Of a stretch of DNA of 64,000 nt, positions 37,261 through 49,129 are shown piece by piece. The notes below the pieces were generated by a model. The model was given only the letters and a program-made list of their open reading frames with translations, made no database searches and was not told the origin of the DNA. Position 1 is the first letter of the stretch. Each line of letters opens with the position of its first letter. Made by a program: the position numbers and the translations under genes. The DNA comes from Leucoraja ocellata (taxonomy: Eukaryota). The stretch spans positions 2,542,001-2,606,000 of the forward strand of contig JAWMAR010000289.1 of NCBI GenBank assembly GCA_036785375.1. Direction: 5' to 3'.

Positions 37261-38308
37261 ATCTGGTATAGGTTATCAGAAGTAAACTTTGCAAACTTTA
37301 AAGGGTCAGCCAGCCTGAAGTACCAGGGCCATGGTTAGCTTGTGGCGTGAAGAACTGCAGGAGTGGAAGGTGGGAGTAGGGGAAGAAAATTCCAGAAATT
37401 CCAGTGGGGCAATTGGAGCTGTGATCATGGCCCATGGCTTGGAGGAAGAGGGGATCAAAATGGCCCACCATGCCGTTACCAGGAGGGGTGGTCCCTATTG
37501 TGATCTGGCATTGGCAGCTTATGTAAGAGCACTGGAAGCCAGGAATCCCAGGTGGGATGAGAGGTCAGAGGTCAGGGAAGGGCAGGATGGTAGGGGTCAC
37601 AGCAACTGGGGAAAGGGGTTTTGCTACAGGGGATAGGACCTAGTAAATTACTAAGCTTGCAGCTTCAGATGAACAGCTTTAAGCAATTGAACCTCCCAGC
37701 AATAATCTAACTTCAGTGTACCACAGTCTAGGAAGCCAGAGATCAATGTAACATTCAGAAGATTTTGTTTGCCATCTGCAGCACCAAGCAATATGCAGTA
37801 AAAAAAATACTGCATTGCACAAGCAGTTTGTACTAATTCAGATTTTTGAGCTATGCAGACAGCATCACACCTGAAAATTAATGCAATCGCAGTAAAAACC
37901 GCTGCAGTTTTTGATAGTCACATTGAGAAGCTTTGATCCTAAAACTTCACTGGACACTTGACCAACTGATGGGCTGTCCCGAGCGATTCCATCTGCCCTT
38001 AAATAACTTCCATCTGTGGAATGCACCTCAGCAATGAGTTGGTGGACACACTGTGACATTCCTCCATATCAGCAGCATGGCTCCTGTTACTTACAAGAGG
38101 TAATAGTAAGAGATGGTTTGCCACATGTAAGCTTGGGGAGAAAGGAATATCATCTTAGTGGGGTTTTTTGGCCACTTTGAAAAAAGTACCATTCCTGAAT
38201 CACATATGGAACTACCTTTAAGGGCTAAATGGTTCCCTCCCAGTCTGATGTAAATGTGATCTGGGAATTGGACGACATAAATAGATTTAAAAAAAAGACA
38301 TAAATATG

Positions 38309-38398
38309 ACAGACACAAAATGTTGGGAGTAACAGTGGGACAGGCAGCATCCCTGGAGATAAGGAATGGGTGATGTGTTTTGGGTCAAGACCCTCCCG
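38309..38398 (-). mobile_element. PLE pLTR remnant
   Basis: GACACAAAATGTTGGGAGTAAC...GGCAGCATCCCTGGAG...GGGTCAAGACCC. Confidence 0.7.
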
Positions 38399-39315
38399 TT
38401 CCTTCACATAGGTGCCTGCATGAGCATTGGTGTGAATAAATAAATTAAACAACATACTGTAGATGCAATAGGAAAACCCGATTTGACATACCTGCAGATA
38501 ATGTTCTTCATATTTGAGTGTAAATATAGCATAAAAAATATACATTCAGATAGTGCTTTTCATAACCACTCCTCCAGGTGAAAAGATCTTTTGCAGCAGT
38601 GATCTCACAAACTGTACCACACTGGGACTGAGCCAGCTAATTGGGAACGTTGTCTTATTCCCTTATTTCAATGCACAAAAGAAAAACCTGCAGCCTGAAG
38701 CTTTCCTGAAAATTGTTTAGAATGTTAGTTGGAAGAGTGTCGAAACCAGCTTGGAAATTTTCATAAACAGTTTTTTTCTTTATTTTTCTTAATAAATACT
38801 ATTGCCTTTGGTCTTGAAAGTACTTCATATTTTATCATTCAGCAGCTTAGTGCTACTAACAGACTGCATGATGCAGTTTGCAAAGCCCGGTTTGCAAAGT
38901 TATTGCTTTACATTCACCAATATCAGTAACAACACAACCCGACAATTAAGACAGGCTATTAAGAAAATGCGCAGCACAGCCAGCTTCCAAGAAGCAAATC
39001 ATTTGCAGATGGGCCAATAAGCCCTTGTGACCCTGGGTGGCTCACAATCATCTGGTTTTGTTCACTCTGACCAGAAAATGAGTCAGTCACTTCCCAGTAA
39101 GTCCACTGCACAACACAATCCAATCTTTTTCCATCATGGTGCTATGGTCTCAAAACAGATAGCTATTTTCCCAACGCCATTCACGCTTTCCGCACCCTGC
39201 TTGCTACAAGCGATGAAGCAGTCTTTGTATTAAGGAAAATACTGGTCTGTGAGAGTTGGTGATGTGAATTTAACTAAAAGGAAGATAAGGGGGGGTGGGG
39301 GGGAGATTACAAACA

Positions 39316-39620
39316 ATAAGAACACATGAAATAGGAACAGGGATAGGCCATGAGCCTGCTCCTTTATTCAAGGTCATGGCTGACTTGATCTTGGCCTCAG
39401 CCCCACTTTCCCACTTGTTTCCCGTGACCCTCAACTTCTCCATTATGCAAAAACCTGTCAACTTCAGGCTTGAATAAATCCAATGACTCACAGCACCCCG
39501 GGGTAGTGAATTCCAAAAGTTGACAAGCCACTGAGAGAAAAAATCTTCAAGTCTGTCTTGAATTGTTTTGAAACCATGCTGCGTATTCTCAATTCCCCTG
39601 CAAAAGCCAAACTTCCCTCA
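39316..39620 (-). mobile_element. degenerate CR1 3' end
   Basis: ATAAGAACACATGAAATAGGAACAGGGATAGGCCAT reverse of CR1 tail. Confidence 0.65.
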
Positions 39621-39820
39621 AAATAGTCACCTTTTATTTTCCCCAATTTCCAATGATTTTACATCATTAACAGTTCACTGTTAAATTTCTTAACAGGAAT
39701 GGACATATAAGGAATTATAAAATTATGATTAATTACTTTCTCAAAATAGTTTTCATTACGTTTTCATAGTCGTACAAAGCTAATAAATTTTTGTTAGCAT
39801 ACCACTCATTATTTGACTCA

Positions 39821-40187
39821 GGAGAGACACAAGAGACTACATATGCTGGAAACCGGAGCAAAAAAACAAACTACTGGAGGAACTCAATGGGCCAGGCTGC
39901 ATCTGTGCAGAATAAAAGGGCATACCTTTAAAAAGGAAGAGGAATTTATTTAGTCTAAGGGTGGGGAATCGGTGGAATTCATTGCCACAGACGGCTGTGG
40001 AGGCTGTCAATGGATATTTTTAAGGTGGAAATTGACAGATTTGTATGGGTGTCAGTGGCAGAAGAAGGCAGGAGAATGGGGTTGAGAGGGAAAGATAGTT
40101 CAGCCATAATTGAATGACAGAGTAGACTTGATGGGCCGAAAGGCGTAATTCTGCTTCTAGAACTGATAAATTTATGAACTAATGAAC
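39821..40187. mobile_element. pLTR tail remnant (39821-39907, -) abutting CR1 3' end (39908-40187, +)
   Basis: GACACAAGAGACTACATATGCTGGAA...GCATCTGTG then GTGGAATTCATTGCCACAGACGGCTGTGGAGG and CR1 tail. Confidence 0.7.
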
Positions 40188-40213
40188 CAGGGCTGCCAAC
40201 TCTCACGCTTAGA

Positions 40214-41302
40214 GACTTTCAGAAGGCTTTCGACAAGGTCCCACATAAGAGATTAGTATACAAACTTAAAGTACACGGTATTGGGGGTTCAGTATTGATG
40301 TGGATAGAGAACTGGCTGGCAGACAGGAAGCAAAGAGTAGGAGTAAACGGGTCCTTTTCACAATGGCAGGCAGTGACTAGTGGGGTACGGCAAGGCTCAG
40401 TGCTGGGACCCCAGCTATTTACGATATATATTAATGATTTGGACGAGGGAATTGAATGCAACATCTCCAAGTTTGCGGATGACACGAAGCTGGGGGGCAG
40501 TGTTAGCTGTGTGGAGGATGCTAGGAGGCTGCAAGGTGACTTGGATAGGCTGGGTGAGTGGGCAAAGGCATGGCAGATGCAGTATAATGTGGTTAAATGT
40601 GAGGTTATCCACTTTGGTGGCAAAAACAGGAAAGTAGACTATTATCTGAATGGTGGCCGATTAGGAAAGGGGGAGATGCAACGAGACCTGGGTGTCATGG
40701 TACACCAGTCATTAAAAGTAGGCATGCAGGTGCAGCAGGCGGTGAAGAAGGCGAATGGTATGTTAGCATTCATAGCAAAAGGATTTGAGTATAGGAGCAG
40801 GGAGGTTCTACTGCAGTTGTACAGGGTCTTGGTGACACCACTCCTGGAGTATTGCGTACAGTTTTGGTCTCCTAATCTGAGGAAAGACATTCTTGCCATA
40901 GAGGGAGTACAGAGAAGGTTCACCAGACTGATTCCTGGGATGTCAGGACTTTCATATGAAGAAAGACTGGATAGACTCGGTTTGTACTCGCTAGAATTTA
41001 CAAGATTGAGGGGGGATCTTATAGAAACTTACAAAATTCTTAAGGGGTTGGACAGGCTAGATGCAGGAAGATTATTCCCGATGTTGGGGACGTCAATAAC
41101 AAGGGGTCACAGTTTGAGGATAAGGGGGAAATCTTTTAGGACCGAGATGAGGAAAACATTTTTCACACAGAGAGTGGTGAATCTCTGGAATTCTCTGCCA
41201 CAGAAGGTAGTTGAGGCCAGTTCATTGGCTATATTTAAGAGGGAGTTAGATGTGGCTAAAGGGATCAGAGGGTATGGAGAGAAGGCAGGTACAGGATACT
41301 GA
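40214..41302 (+). pseudogene. CR1 ORF2 reverse transcriptase fragment
   Basis: DFQKAFDKVPH, GVRQGSVLGP, FADDTKL, RDLGV, LEYCVQFWSP, RGDLIETYKI, FFTQRVVNLWNSLP; frame extends upstream of the listed ORF to 40214. Confidence 0.92.
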
Positions 41303-41397
41303 GTTGAATGATCAGCCATGATCATATTGAATCGCGGTGCAGGCTCGAATGGCCGAATGGCCTACTCCTGCACCTATTTTCTATGTTTCTATGTTTC
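40214..41397 (+). mobile_element. young 5'-truncated CR1 LINE
   Basis: Uninterrupted ORF2 C-terminal frame and (TTTCTATG)n tail. Confidence 0.95.
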
Positions 41398-41654
41398 GAA
41401 ACATGCGTTTGGGAAAATTCTCACGCTGATCACAAATTTCTCACGCTCTGTCGTGAGCAGTTCTGTTATCAATGAAAATGTAAAAACTAATATAAACTGC
41501 ATGGGCCGCGGGTGTTGGAGAGCCGGGGCTGAGGGAGGGATGGAAGCAGAAGCGGCGGCGGGGAGCCGGGGCTGGCGAGTGTTTGCGGGCTGGAGAGTGT
41601 TTGCGGGCTGGCATTGCGCCGCTGTCGTGAGTCTCTGTGCCCGAAGGGACAGAG

Positions 41655-41953
41655 ACTCTCAAAGGGAGGGGGAGAGAGAGAGGGGGTGAGAGGAGAGAGA
41701 GGGGAAGAGACAGAGGGGGAGAGAGTGGGAGACTGAGAGGGGTAGAGAGAGAGGGGTAAGAGAGGGGGAGAAAGGAAGAGAGAGAGTAGAGATAGGGAAG
41801 AGAGAGAGGGGAGAGAGAGGGGGTGGAGAAGGAGGAGCGAGGGAAGGAGAGAAGGGGAGAGGGAGGGGGAGAGAGGGGGAAGAGAGAGTGGTGGTAGAAG
41901 AGAGAGAGCAGAAGAGAGAGAGGGGAGAGAGAGGGGGGGAAGTGAGGTGGGAG
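41655..41953. repeat. GA-rich polypurine low-complexity tract running into an N gap
   Basis: Almost pure G/A for ~300 bp. Confidence 0.9.
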
Positions 41954-42113
41954 NNNNNNNNNNNNNNNNNNNNNNNNNNNNNNNNNNNNNNNNNNNNNNN
42001 NNNNNNNNNNNNNNNNNNNNNNNNNNNNNNNNNNNNNNNNNNNNNNNNNNNNNNNNNNNNNNNNNNNNNNNNNNNNNNNNNNNNNNNNNNNNNNNNNNNN
42101 NNNNNNNNNNNNN
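41954..42113. other. assembly gap (160 N)
   Basis: Run of N. Confidence 0.98.
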
Positions 42114-42584
42114 TTCTCATGCATTGAGTGAGCGAATTTCGCATTTTGCCAAATTCTCACGCTGATCACAAATTTCTCACGCTCAGAAAATCTGAGATCA
42201 ATGAAAATTTCAAAACTCATATCAACTGCATGGGCCACGGGTGTTGGAAACGGCAGGAACATATGTGGATGGGGAGCGGGGCTGGCGAGTGTTTGCCGGG
42301 CTGGCGAGTCGTCAGAAGCGTCGCGCCGCAACTCAGGCCATGGAGCAGCCTCAGTGCAAGAGTCCCGGGTCGTCGGAGGCTTCAGAAACGATGCGCCACT
42401 GCCGTGAGAGTCTCTGTGCCAAATTCGCTCAGATGATCAGGTTGGTTCATCATGGAGGACAACCAGTGGCTGCTGGAAGTAAGTACCAATTACTGGGTAG
42501 AAATGGTGGAAGATAGTGGACTTCAAATGGGAATGATTGGAGAAAGCATCCTGCTTGCCTGCTAGATTTTCACTTACTGCAACT

Positions 42585-42921
42585 GCAGGAAAAATGTTCC
42601 CGATGTTGGGGGAGTTCAGTACCAGGGGTCACAGTTTAAGAATAAAGGGTAGGCCAGTTAGGACTGAGATGAGGACAAACTTTCTTCACGCAGAGTTGTG
42701 AATCTGTGGAATTCTCTGCCACAGAAGGCAGTGCAGGCCACTTCACTGGATGTTTTCAAGGGAGAGTTACATTTAGTTCTTGGGGCTAATTAAATCAAAG
42801 GATATGGTGGAAAAAACGGGAAAGTGGTACTGATTTTAGATGAATAGCCATGATCATGTTGAATGGCAGTGCTGGCTCGAAGGGCCGAATGACCTATTCC
42901 TGCACCTATTTTCTATGTTTC
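42585..42921 (+). mobile_element. CR1 3' end
   Basis: TTCCCGATGTTGGGG..ACCAGGGGTCACAGTTTAAG; tail CTATTTTCTATGTTTC. Confidence 0.85.
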
Positions 42922-42994
42922 GATGCTTGAGTATATGGCAATAAAACTCGATCACTTGATTTGAAGCATTCGTGCTTGGTGGAGGTATAATGTA

Positions 42995-43210
42995 TTCATG
43001 GAGTGATACAGTGTGAAAACAAGCCCCTCGGCGCAACTTGCCCACATCCGCCAACATATCCCAGCTACGCTACCTGCTTTTGGTCCATACCTCCAAACCT
43101 GCCCTATCCATGTATCAGGCTGTTTTTTAAATGTTGGGATGGTCCCTGCCTCAACTACATCCTCTGGCAGCTTGTTCCATACACCCACCACCCTTTGTGC
43201 GGAGAAATGT
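42995..43210 (-). mobile_element. CR1 (HER1-type) 3' end
   Basis: AQRVVGVWNKLPEDVVEAGTI on the minus strand; same family as 27160-28135. Confidence 0.8.
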
Positions 43211-43215
43211 ACCAC

Positions 43216-43419
43216 TTAAAAAGTTACCTCTTAAAAATACTTCATACAAAACATTGAAATCATACTACTACAATGCACTAAAACATGATTTTAATACATC
43301 AAATTTCAAAAAGTCCCTTCCACACCCTCTCTCCACTCGGTTGCTCCACTCCCTCACCGGGTACCATTGATCAGTGATCGCTCAGCCTCCCCACTTTCAA
43401 AAACGCTCTGCGGCCCCTG
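43216..43419. mobile_element. possible DNA-transposon terminal fragment
   Basis: Ends in CCCCTG (reverse CAGGGGCCGC, hAT-like start); partner TIR not found. Confidence 0.3.
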
Positions 43420-44276
43420 GTTCAGACGGAGAACACTGCCAGATGTGAGCGGGGAACTGAGGCCAGTTGTCCATGATGTCTGGATCCCAATCCTCAGCGC
43501 TTCATGTTTCGGAGTTGGCTAATGTTATTGATTTGTAATTAGCCTGATTTGTAATTAGTTGACAAAACCTTAATTTATCAATCTGGAAGAATTATTTCCT
43601 TCAGTTAAATATTGGTAAGGTAACACTATTGTCATTTGCCACTCAACTATTATGTTTGTTTACCTCACTGACTATTTTTAACCCTCCCCCCCCGCCATTC
43701 CTTTGACAGGTTGAATAGAAATGTCCCCAATCTCGTTGTTTTATTAATTGAACAAGTAGATGAACATCCTCAAGGTGTGTAATCAGATGGCAACTGATTC
43801 AGATGCGATATTTAAGAGCTTGTTCAAAGAAGAGGCATATTTTAAAGTTGTGACAAGAGATATTTGTAGGGGAATGTGTGAGGAGATTATTATTTGTCTT
43901 TAGTTTTAGCTTGAACCAGGACATCTGAAGATTCAAAGTTTAATATAGTAATTGTACTGATACTGACCACAACCAACCACGTAATGAATATCCTCCATTC
44001 CGAAGGTTTTACTTTTATGATGCAATTTAAACTTCACTTGGATTTCAATCACTTCAATGTGAAAGTAATTGGGAATGGGGAGCATTGGAACAAAAAATTG
44101 CCCTCGGTACATATTAACTGTAATATAATAATGTATGTATGTTGGTAGGTGCAATCAAAACAAAGATCTTTTTATCATTGTTTAAGAGGGAACTGCAGAT
44201 GCTGGAGAATCGAAGGTTACACAGAAAAGCTGGAGAAACTCAGCGGGTGCAGCAGCATCTATGGAGCGAAGGAAAT

Positions 44277-44312
44277 AGGCAACGTTTCGGGCCGAAACCC
44301 TTCTTCAGACTG
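44277..44312 (-). ncRNA. inverted copy of the hammerhead motif
   Basis: Reverse complement of 45343-45378. Confidence 0.7.
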
Positions 44313-44366
44313 ATCAGGGGTGGGGGTGGGTGGGGACAAGAAAGGGAAAAGGAGGAGTAGCCGGAA

Positions 44367-45230
44367 GGCTATCTGGACTACACTTCTTCCCACCCTGCTT
44401 CCTGTAAGGACTCCATCCCCTACTCCCAATTCCTCCGTCTACGCCGCATCTGCTCCACGGATGAGGCGTTCCACACCAGGACATCTGAAATGTCCTCACT
44501 ATTCAGGGAACGGGGGTTCCCCTCCTCCACCATAAATGAGGCTCGCACCAGGGTCTCTTCCATACCCCGCAACACTGCTCTCTCTCCCCATCCCCGCACT
44601 CGCAACAAGGGCCGAGTCCCCCTAGTCCTCACCTTTCACCCCACCAGCCGTCACATACAAAAAATAATCCTCCATCAGTTTCGCCACCTCCAACGTGACC
44701 CCACTACTCGCCACATCTTCCCATCTCCCCCCATATCTGCCTTCCGCAAAGACCGCTCCCTCCATAACTCCCTTGTCAATTCTTCCCTTCCCTCTCGGTC
44801 CACCCCCTCCCCGGGCACTTTCCCTTGCAACCGCAAGAGATGCAACACTTGTCCCTTTACCTCCCCCCTCGACTCCGTTCAAGGACCCAAGCAATCGTTC
44901 CAGGTGCGACAGAGGTTTACCTGCATCTCTTCCAACCTCATCTATTGCGTCCGCTGCTCTAGATGTCAGCAGATCTATATCGGTGAGACCAAGCGGAGGT
45001 TGGGCGATCGTTTCGCCGAACACCTCCGCTCGGTCCGCAATAACCAAGCTGACCTCCCGGTGGCTCAGCACTTCAACTCCCCCTCCCACTCCGCCTCCGA
45101 CCTCTCTGTCCTGGGTCTCCTCCATGGCCACAGCGAGCAGCACCGGAAATTGGAGGAACAGCACCTCATATTCCGTTTGGGGAGTCTGCACCCCGGGGGC
45201 ATGAACATCGACTTCTCCCAATTCTGTTAG
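44367..45230 (+). pseudogene. PLE ORF C-terminus: RT thumb, Cys linker, GIY-YIG endonuclease
   Basis: Open frame YLDYTSSHP..IPYSQFLRLRRICS, CNRKRCNTC, NLIYCVRCSRCQQIYIGETKRRLGDRFAEH, VAQHF, RKLEEQHLIFRL..GMN. Confidence 0.92.
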
Positions 45231-45342
45231 TCCTTGCTGTCTCCTCCCCTCCCTCAGCTCCCCTGCTGTCTCCTCCCACCCTCCAGCCTTCCGGCTACTC
45301 CTCCTTTTCCCTTTCTTGTCCCCACCCACCCCCACCCCTGAT

Positions 45343-45378
45343 CAGTCTGAAGAAGGGTTTCGGCCCGAAACGTTGCCT
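45343..45378 (+). ncRNA. minimal type I hammerhead ribozyme motif in pLTR
   Basis: CUGAAGA 45347-45353, extra A, stem II GGGU-UUCG-GCCC, GAAA 45367-45370, palindromic ACGU stem III, GUU cleavage triplet; stem I weak. Confidence 0.7.
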
Positions 45379-45599
45379 ATTTCCTTCGCTCCATAGATGC
45401 TGCTGCACCCGCTGAGTTTCTCCAGCTTTTCTGTGTAACCTTCTTTTTATCATTGTTGTGTTATGAATACCACAGAAAATATTATGTACTCTCAATATCA
45501 CATTTAATAGAATAATATTGATTAAATATATAGTTATTGGACTTTGCATTTCAGAAAAGTCTCAGCTGAGAGGAAGACAGCAAAATACTGAAAATATTG

Positions 45600-45845
45600 G
45601 GGGTAAAAATGACTTCAGGCCAGTTTGTTAGTAATTGAAAGAAATGGTAACAGGTAAGTGAGTATAATTTTATAAATGAGAAATTGTGTTCAACCAATTG
45701 ATGACTTATTTGACAAAGTAACTAGCATGTTAGATAACAAGGAAGCCAATGTATGTAGCACATTTTGGTATACATAATTTGATCCGTGAAGTGCCCCAAA
45801 AAGGATTACTGCATTAGATAAGCACCTGTGGACTTGAACATAATA
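45600..45845 (+). mobile_element. highly degenerate CR1 RT fragment
   Basis: Remnants of motifs CxTNL, FDKVTSMLD, VPxKxLL. Confidence 0.45.
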
Positions 45846-45908
45846 GGTTAAGTCTAGGAGTCAGATATGGGGCTTTGTTTGTGCGCCAGATATATTGTCA
45901 GTGTAGAG

Positions 45909-46142
45909 GGGCTAGGAGCAAGGCCAAATGTGCATCCAGAGTCAATGTCTGGAATAGTACTAGGTGTGCAGTCAAAGCTGGGACCAGGGGAGTATTTAGC
46001 ACAGGGAACCTAAGCAGGTAAGCAGCTATGATCAGGGTACAATAGGGGGCCAGTTGTAAGGCTGGACTCAGGGTCAGGAATGAGAGAAGGTATGCAACTG
46101 GAGTCAGGGTCAGGAGTAGTACCAGATGTGCAGTGAGACCCA
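45909..46142. repeat. degenerate 36-bp minisatellite
   Basis: Units such as GGGTCAGGAATGAGAGAAGGTATGCAACTGGAGTCA and GGGTCAGGAGTAGTACCAGATGTGCAGTGAGACCCA. Confidence 0.55.
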
Positions 46143-46383
46143 GGTTGGTCAACATGGGCCAAGTGTTTGATTATAATCAGATTTCCATACATGAATATAC
46201 TAAGATCATTCATGTGCTGCACATGTTGATCAGAGCCTGGGCTCTACTGTGGAATGTAATTAGGAATGTAATTTAGTCTAACCTTATGCATAGCTAATCC
46301 AATTTAAAGCATATGTATTGCATTCAAGTGTAAGTTAAAAGACTCGCTACAGTATGTACCATGTTGCACAATTTCAAGCTGAA

Positions 46384-46461
46384 AAATGCATTTCGTTGTC
46401 TCTGTACTGTACACTGACAATGACAATTAAAATTGAATCTGAATCTGAATCTGAATCTGAA
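46384..46461 (+). mobile_element. tail-only Rex1 insertion with 12-bp TSD
   Basis: Matches the 3' end of the 18169-18532 copy; TSD CTGAAAAATGCA at 46379-46390 and 46457-46468. Confidence 0.88.
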
Positions 46462-47698
46462 AAATGCAAAAGCTCCGTACAAATGGGAGGGGAGGCACCC
46501 TCCTCCCCTCCCCCCTCCCTCCCCCTCTCCTCCCTCCCGCTCTCCTCCCTCACCCCCCCCCCCCTCACCTTCCCCTTCCACCCCTCCACGCCCCCCCCTC
46601 CTCCAATGCTGTCATGAGGCCAAGGAAGCTTAGCCTTGCCACAGTGTATTTACATTTTAATGTGCACAGTACTCTGCCAAATGCCATTTCTGTTCAGTAT
46701 GAGGTATATTGCAATCTGCTGCTGAAGTTAAACCAAACTTTGCCCAGGCATCACACACAATGATATTCAGTGAGAACCTATGCTGTCATGCTTGCACTGA
46801 ATGTTCAAACTCACCTGACATGCAACAAAAAAAAACAGCCAAGAGCATTTACAGCAGCTCAATTAATGTGTCAGAAAAATGATATCAGGGCCAGGATGTA
46901 ATCTGGTTATATAATACACATGACAAATAGTTTTGTGAGTGTAACATAAAATGAGGGGCAGTATATATGTGCCAAGGAATTAGATTATTTTTTTATTAAA
47001 CAAGCCTGAGAACACCTTGCATAACCAAGAGGACTGCAACCGTCTGACAGATATACTGGTCCTTAACGAAAGGAGAAGTCTGTCAGCTCTGCCAGTGTTT
47101 CCAGCTTCTTCATACAGCAATGGCACTTTTTATAGCCTTCTATTGCTCATGTTTGTTGGTACAATATCAATGTTTTATAAAGCTGTGTGACTGTTGAAGA
47201 TTCAAAACTATCATCAATAACAACTTGCATTTTATATAACACCGTTAATGTAGCAAAAAGGCTGACTCAATGTACATCATCAGCCAAAATTGATCACCAG
47301 GCCCAGAAGGAAAAGACTGCAGGAGACCCGAGTGTCAGGGGCTAGCATCAGTTAGAAAGCAAAAGTTGTGCTGGAGGTTCAGGCTTTACCCTGATCATGG
47401 CATCAGTGATGGCCATTGCCATAGTACTTAGGACAGCTGAGATAGCAAAGCAAAGGAATCCAATCATTCCTGGTAACTGTAAACACCCTCCTGCCCCTCA
47501 GGTTTGGATTTCCCATATTCCAATTTGATCTCTTTAGCGTCCCTGATGTGTGACTATACCACTGGTAGCAGTGTAACAACCCTGATCTGACATCCTCTCC
47601 TACTTTCAATTACCCCAATAAAACTTACCCAAACCATTTGAATATTGCCTGCATGCCTCAGTGCCAATTTAGACAATACTAAATTTATGCATTGGGAT

Positions 47699-47755
47699 CA
47701 CACCCACACACCCACACACACACCCACACACACACACCCACACAGCCACACACAC
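47699..47755. repeat. (CA)n-like microsatellite
   Basis: CACACCCACACA repeats. Confidence 0.85.
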
Positions 47756-49129
47756 TGAAGCCCAAAGTCTCACATATATACAAAGATACACGCACATTCT
47801 CAACATCAGACTCACATGGACACACACAAATTTACTCATAGACACACAACTCTATTCTTACAAAGAAGAACATAACTACGTTCACATACATACATTATAC
47901 ATTCATGCACGTTGTTACTATTATTTTAGGGGTGGAGGAGATTGGAGAGAGGATAAGGAATGGGATCAAGACAAGTGTGAGACTTCTTAGCTCAGTGCTT
48001 TGCTGGACTAGGAGCTGGTGTTAGTCGCTGGACGCAAGGAGAAGGTGAATGGGAGATGCTGTTCGTTAGGATACAGATGGCAGCATTTTGGCTCAGCTCA
48101 TATTTGCTCTCTACCAATAAACATTTCTCTCGCCGGATTTTCTTTAAGTTCAAGTCACTTTATTTACAGTCAAGCAGTCGGTGACTGGATCAAACTTAAA
48201 CAGGAAGTGGAAATTTCAAACAGTTCACAAAAAACATTTTAGAAAGGTGAGAAAAATACAGTGTTTAGTAAACTAATTCTTGTTATTTAGTGTTATTCCA
48301 TTCCCAGCTTGCATTTTAAATTCTTAATTTTGTTAAACAAAACCAAATCAATGAAATAATCGGAAGCAGAAAGCAACTGGAAAGCTGAACTTAGCCAGGA
48401 TTTCACTAAAACATAATGCACCAAGTGTGGAACATTAACTTGCCCTTAGGTGCTGCTGGAAAAACATGTGCCAATGTATCTCCCAGCTGAAGCAATGTTA
48501 ACACAGAAATGAGGAAGTGGGCTAAAAGGCTGTGGCTTCCTGCTGACAAAACTATTTACTTTCAAGCTTTAACTGGAGCTGTTTGCGAACCATCCATCAT
48601 GTGTCAGGAGCTGGCATTGAGAATTGACCCAGAACAATCAGTAGAGAAGGTGAAACCACATTCTGCTCCACTCACCCATCCTGCCAAACATTTTGCAAAA
48701 TTGGGGCTGGGGCGCATTCAAATGCTGCTTCGTTAGGAATCTGTCAACCCAACACCTTTGTGCTAAAGGAGAATCTAAAAAACAGAGATTAAATGATAGA
48801 TGGAAAGAATGGATACATGGGAACTGTCTGGGATATCTGGACTAGAGTACATGCAGTCAGTCATGGTGACTGGACTCTGAATAGAATCCATTAGGCTTCA
48901 GACCATTTCAAGGTACCTGGAAGGTAAATTTGTCAATTCTGGTTGAATGTTCTCGGTAGGTTTAGTCTCATAAACTCCTGGTCGAACTGTTTTACTCCTA
49001 CACTCAAGCTGTTGGACACCTGCCCTCTAGACCTTAAAGGGCACTGTACATTCTCATGCCAATCAGAGAGCCAACTATGCTTTAACAGCCAACTGATGAT
49101 GCTTGACCGGCGGTCAATCAACCTATAAT

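Larger units (their letters stand above)
40188..42430. mobile_element. hAT-like non-autonomous DNA transposon end(s), interrupted by CR1; two diverged copies either side of the gap
   Basis: CAGGGCTGCCAAC terminus at 40188-40200; subterminal CTCACGC repeats; 41415-41640 resembles 42155-42420. Confidence 0.5.
44179..45443 (+). mobile_element. very young truncated PLE with inverted pLTRs and 16-bp TSD
   Basis: 159-bp inverted arms 44212-44370 / 45285-45443 that look identical; TSD TCTTTTTATCATTGTT at 44167-44182 and 45442-45457. Confidence 0.95.

Noticed and set aside
41441-42331. Long Pro/Ser/Leu-rich ORFs
   Set aside because: Produced by the GA tract and N gap
44622-45335. 237-aa antisense ORF and 169-aa alternate-frame ORF
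   Set aside because: Shadows of the GC-rich PLE GIY-YIG frame
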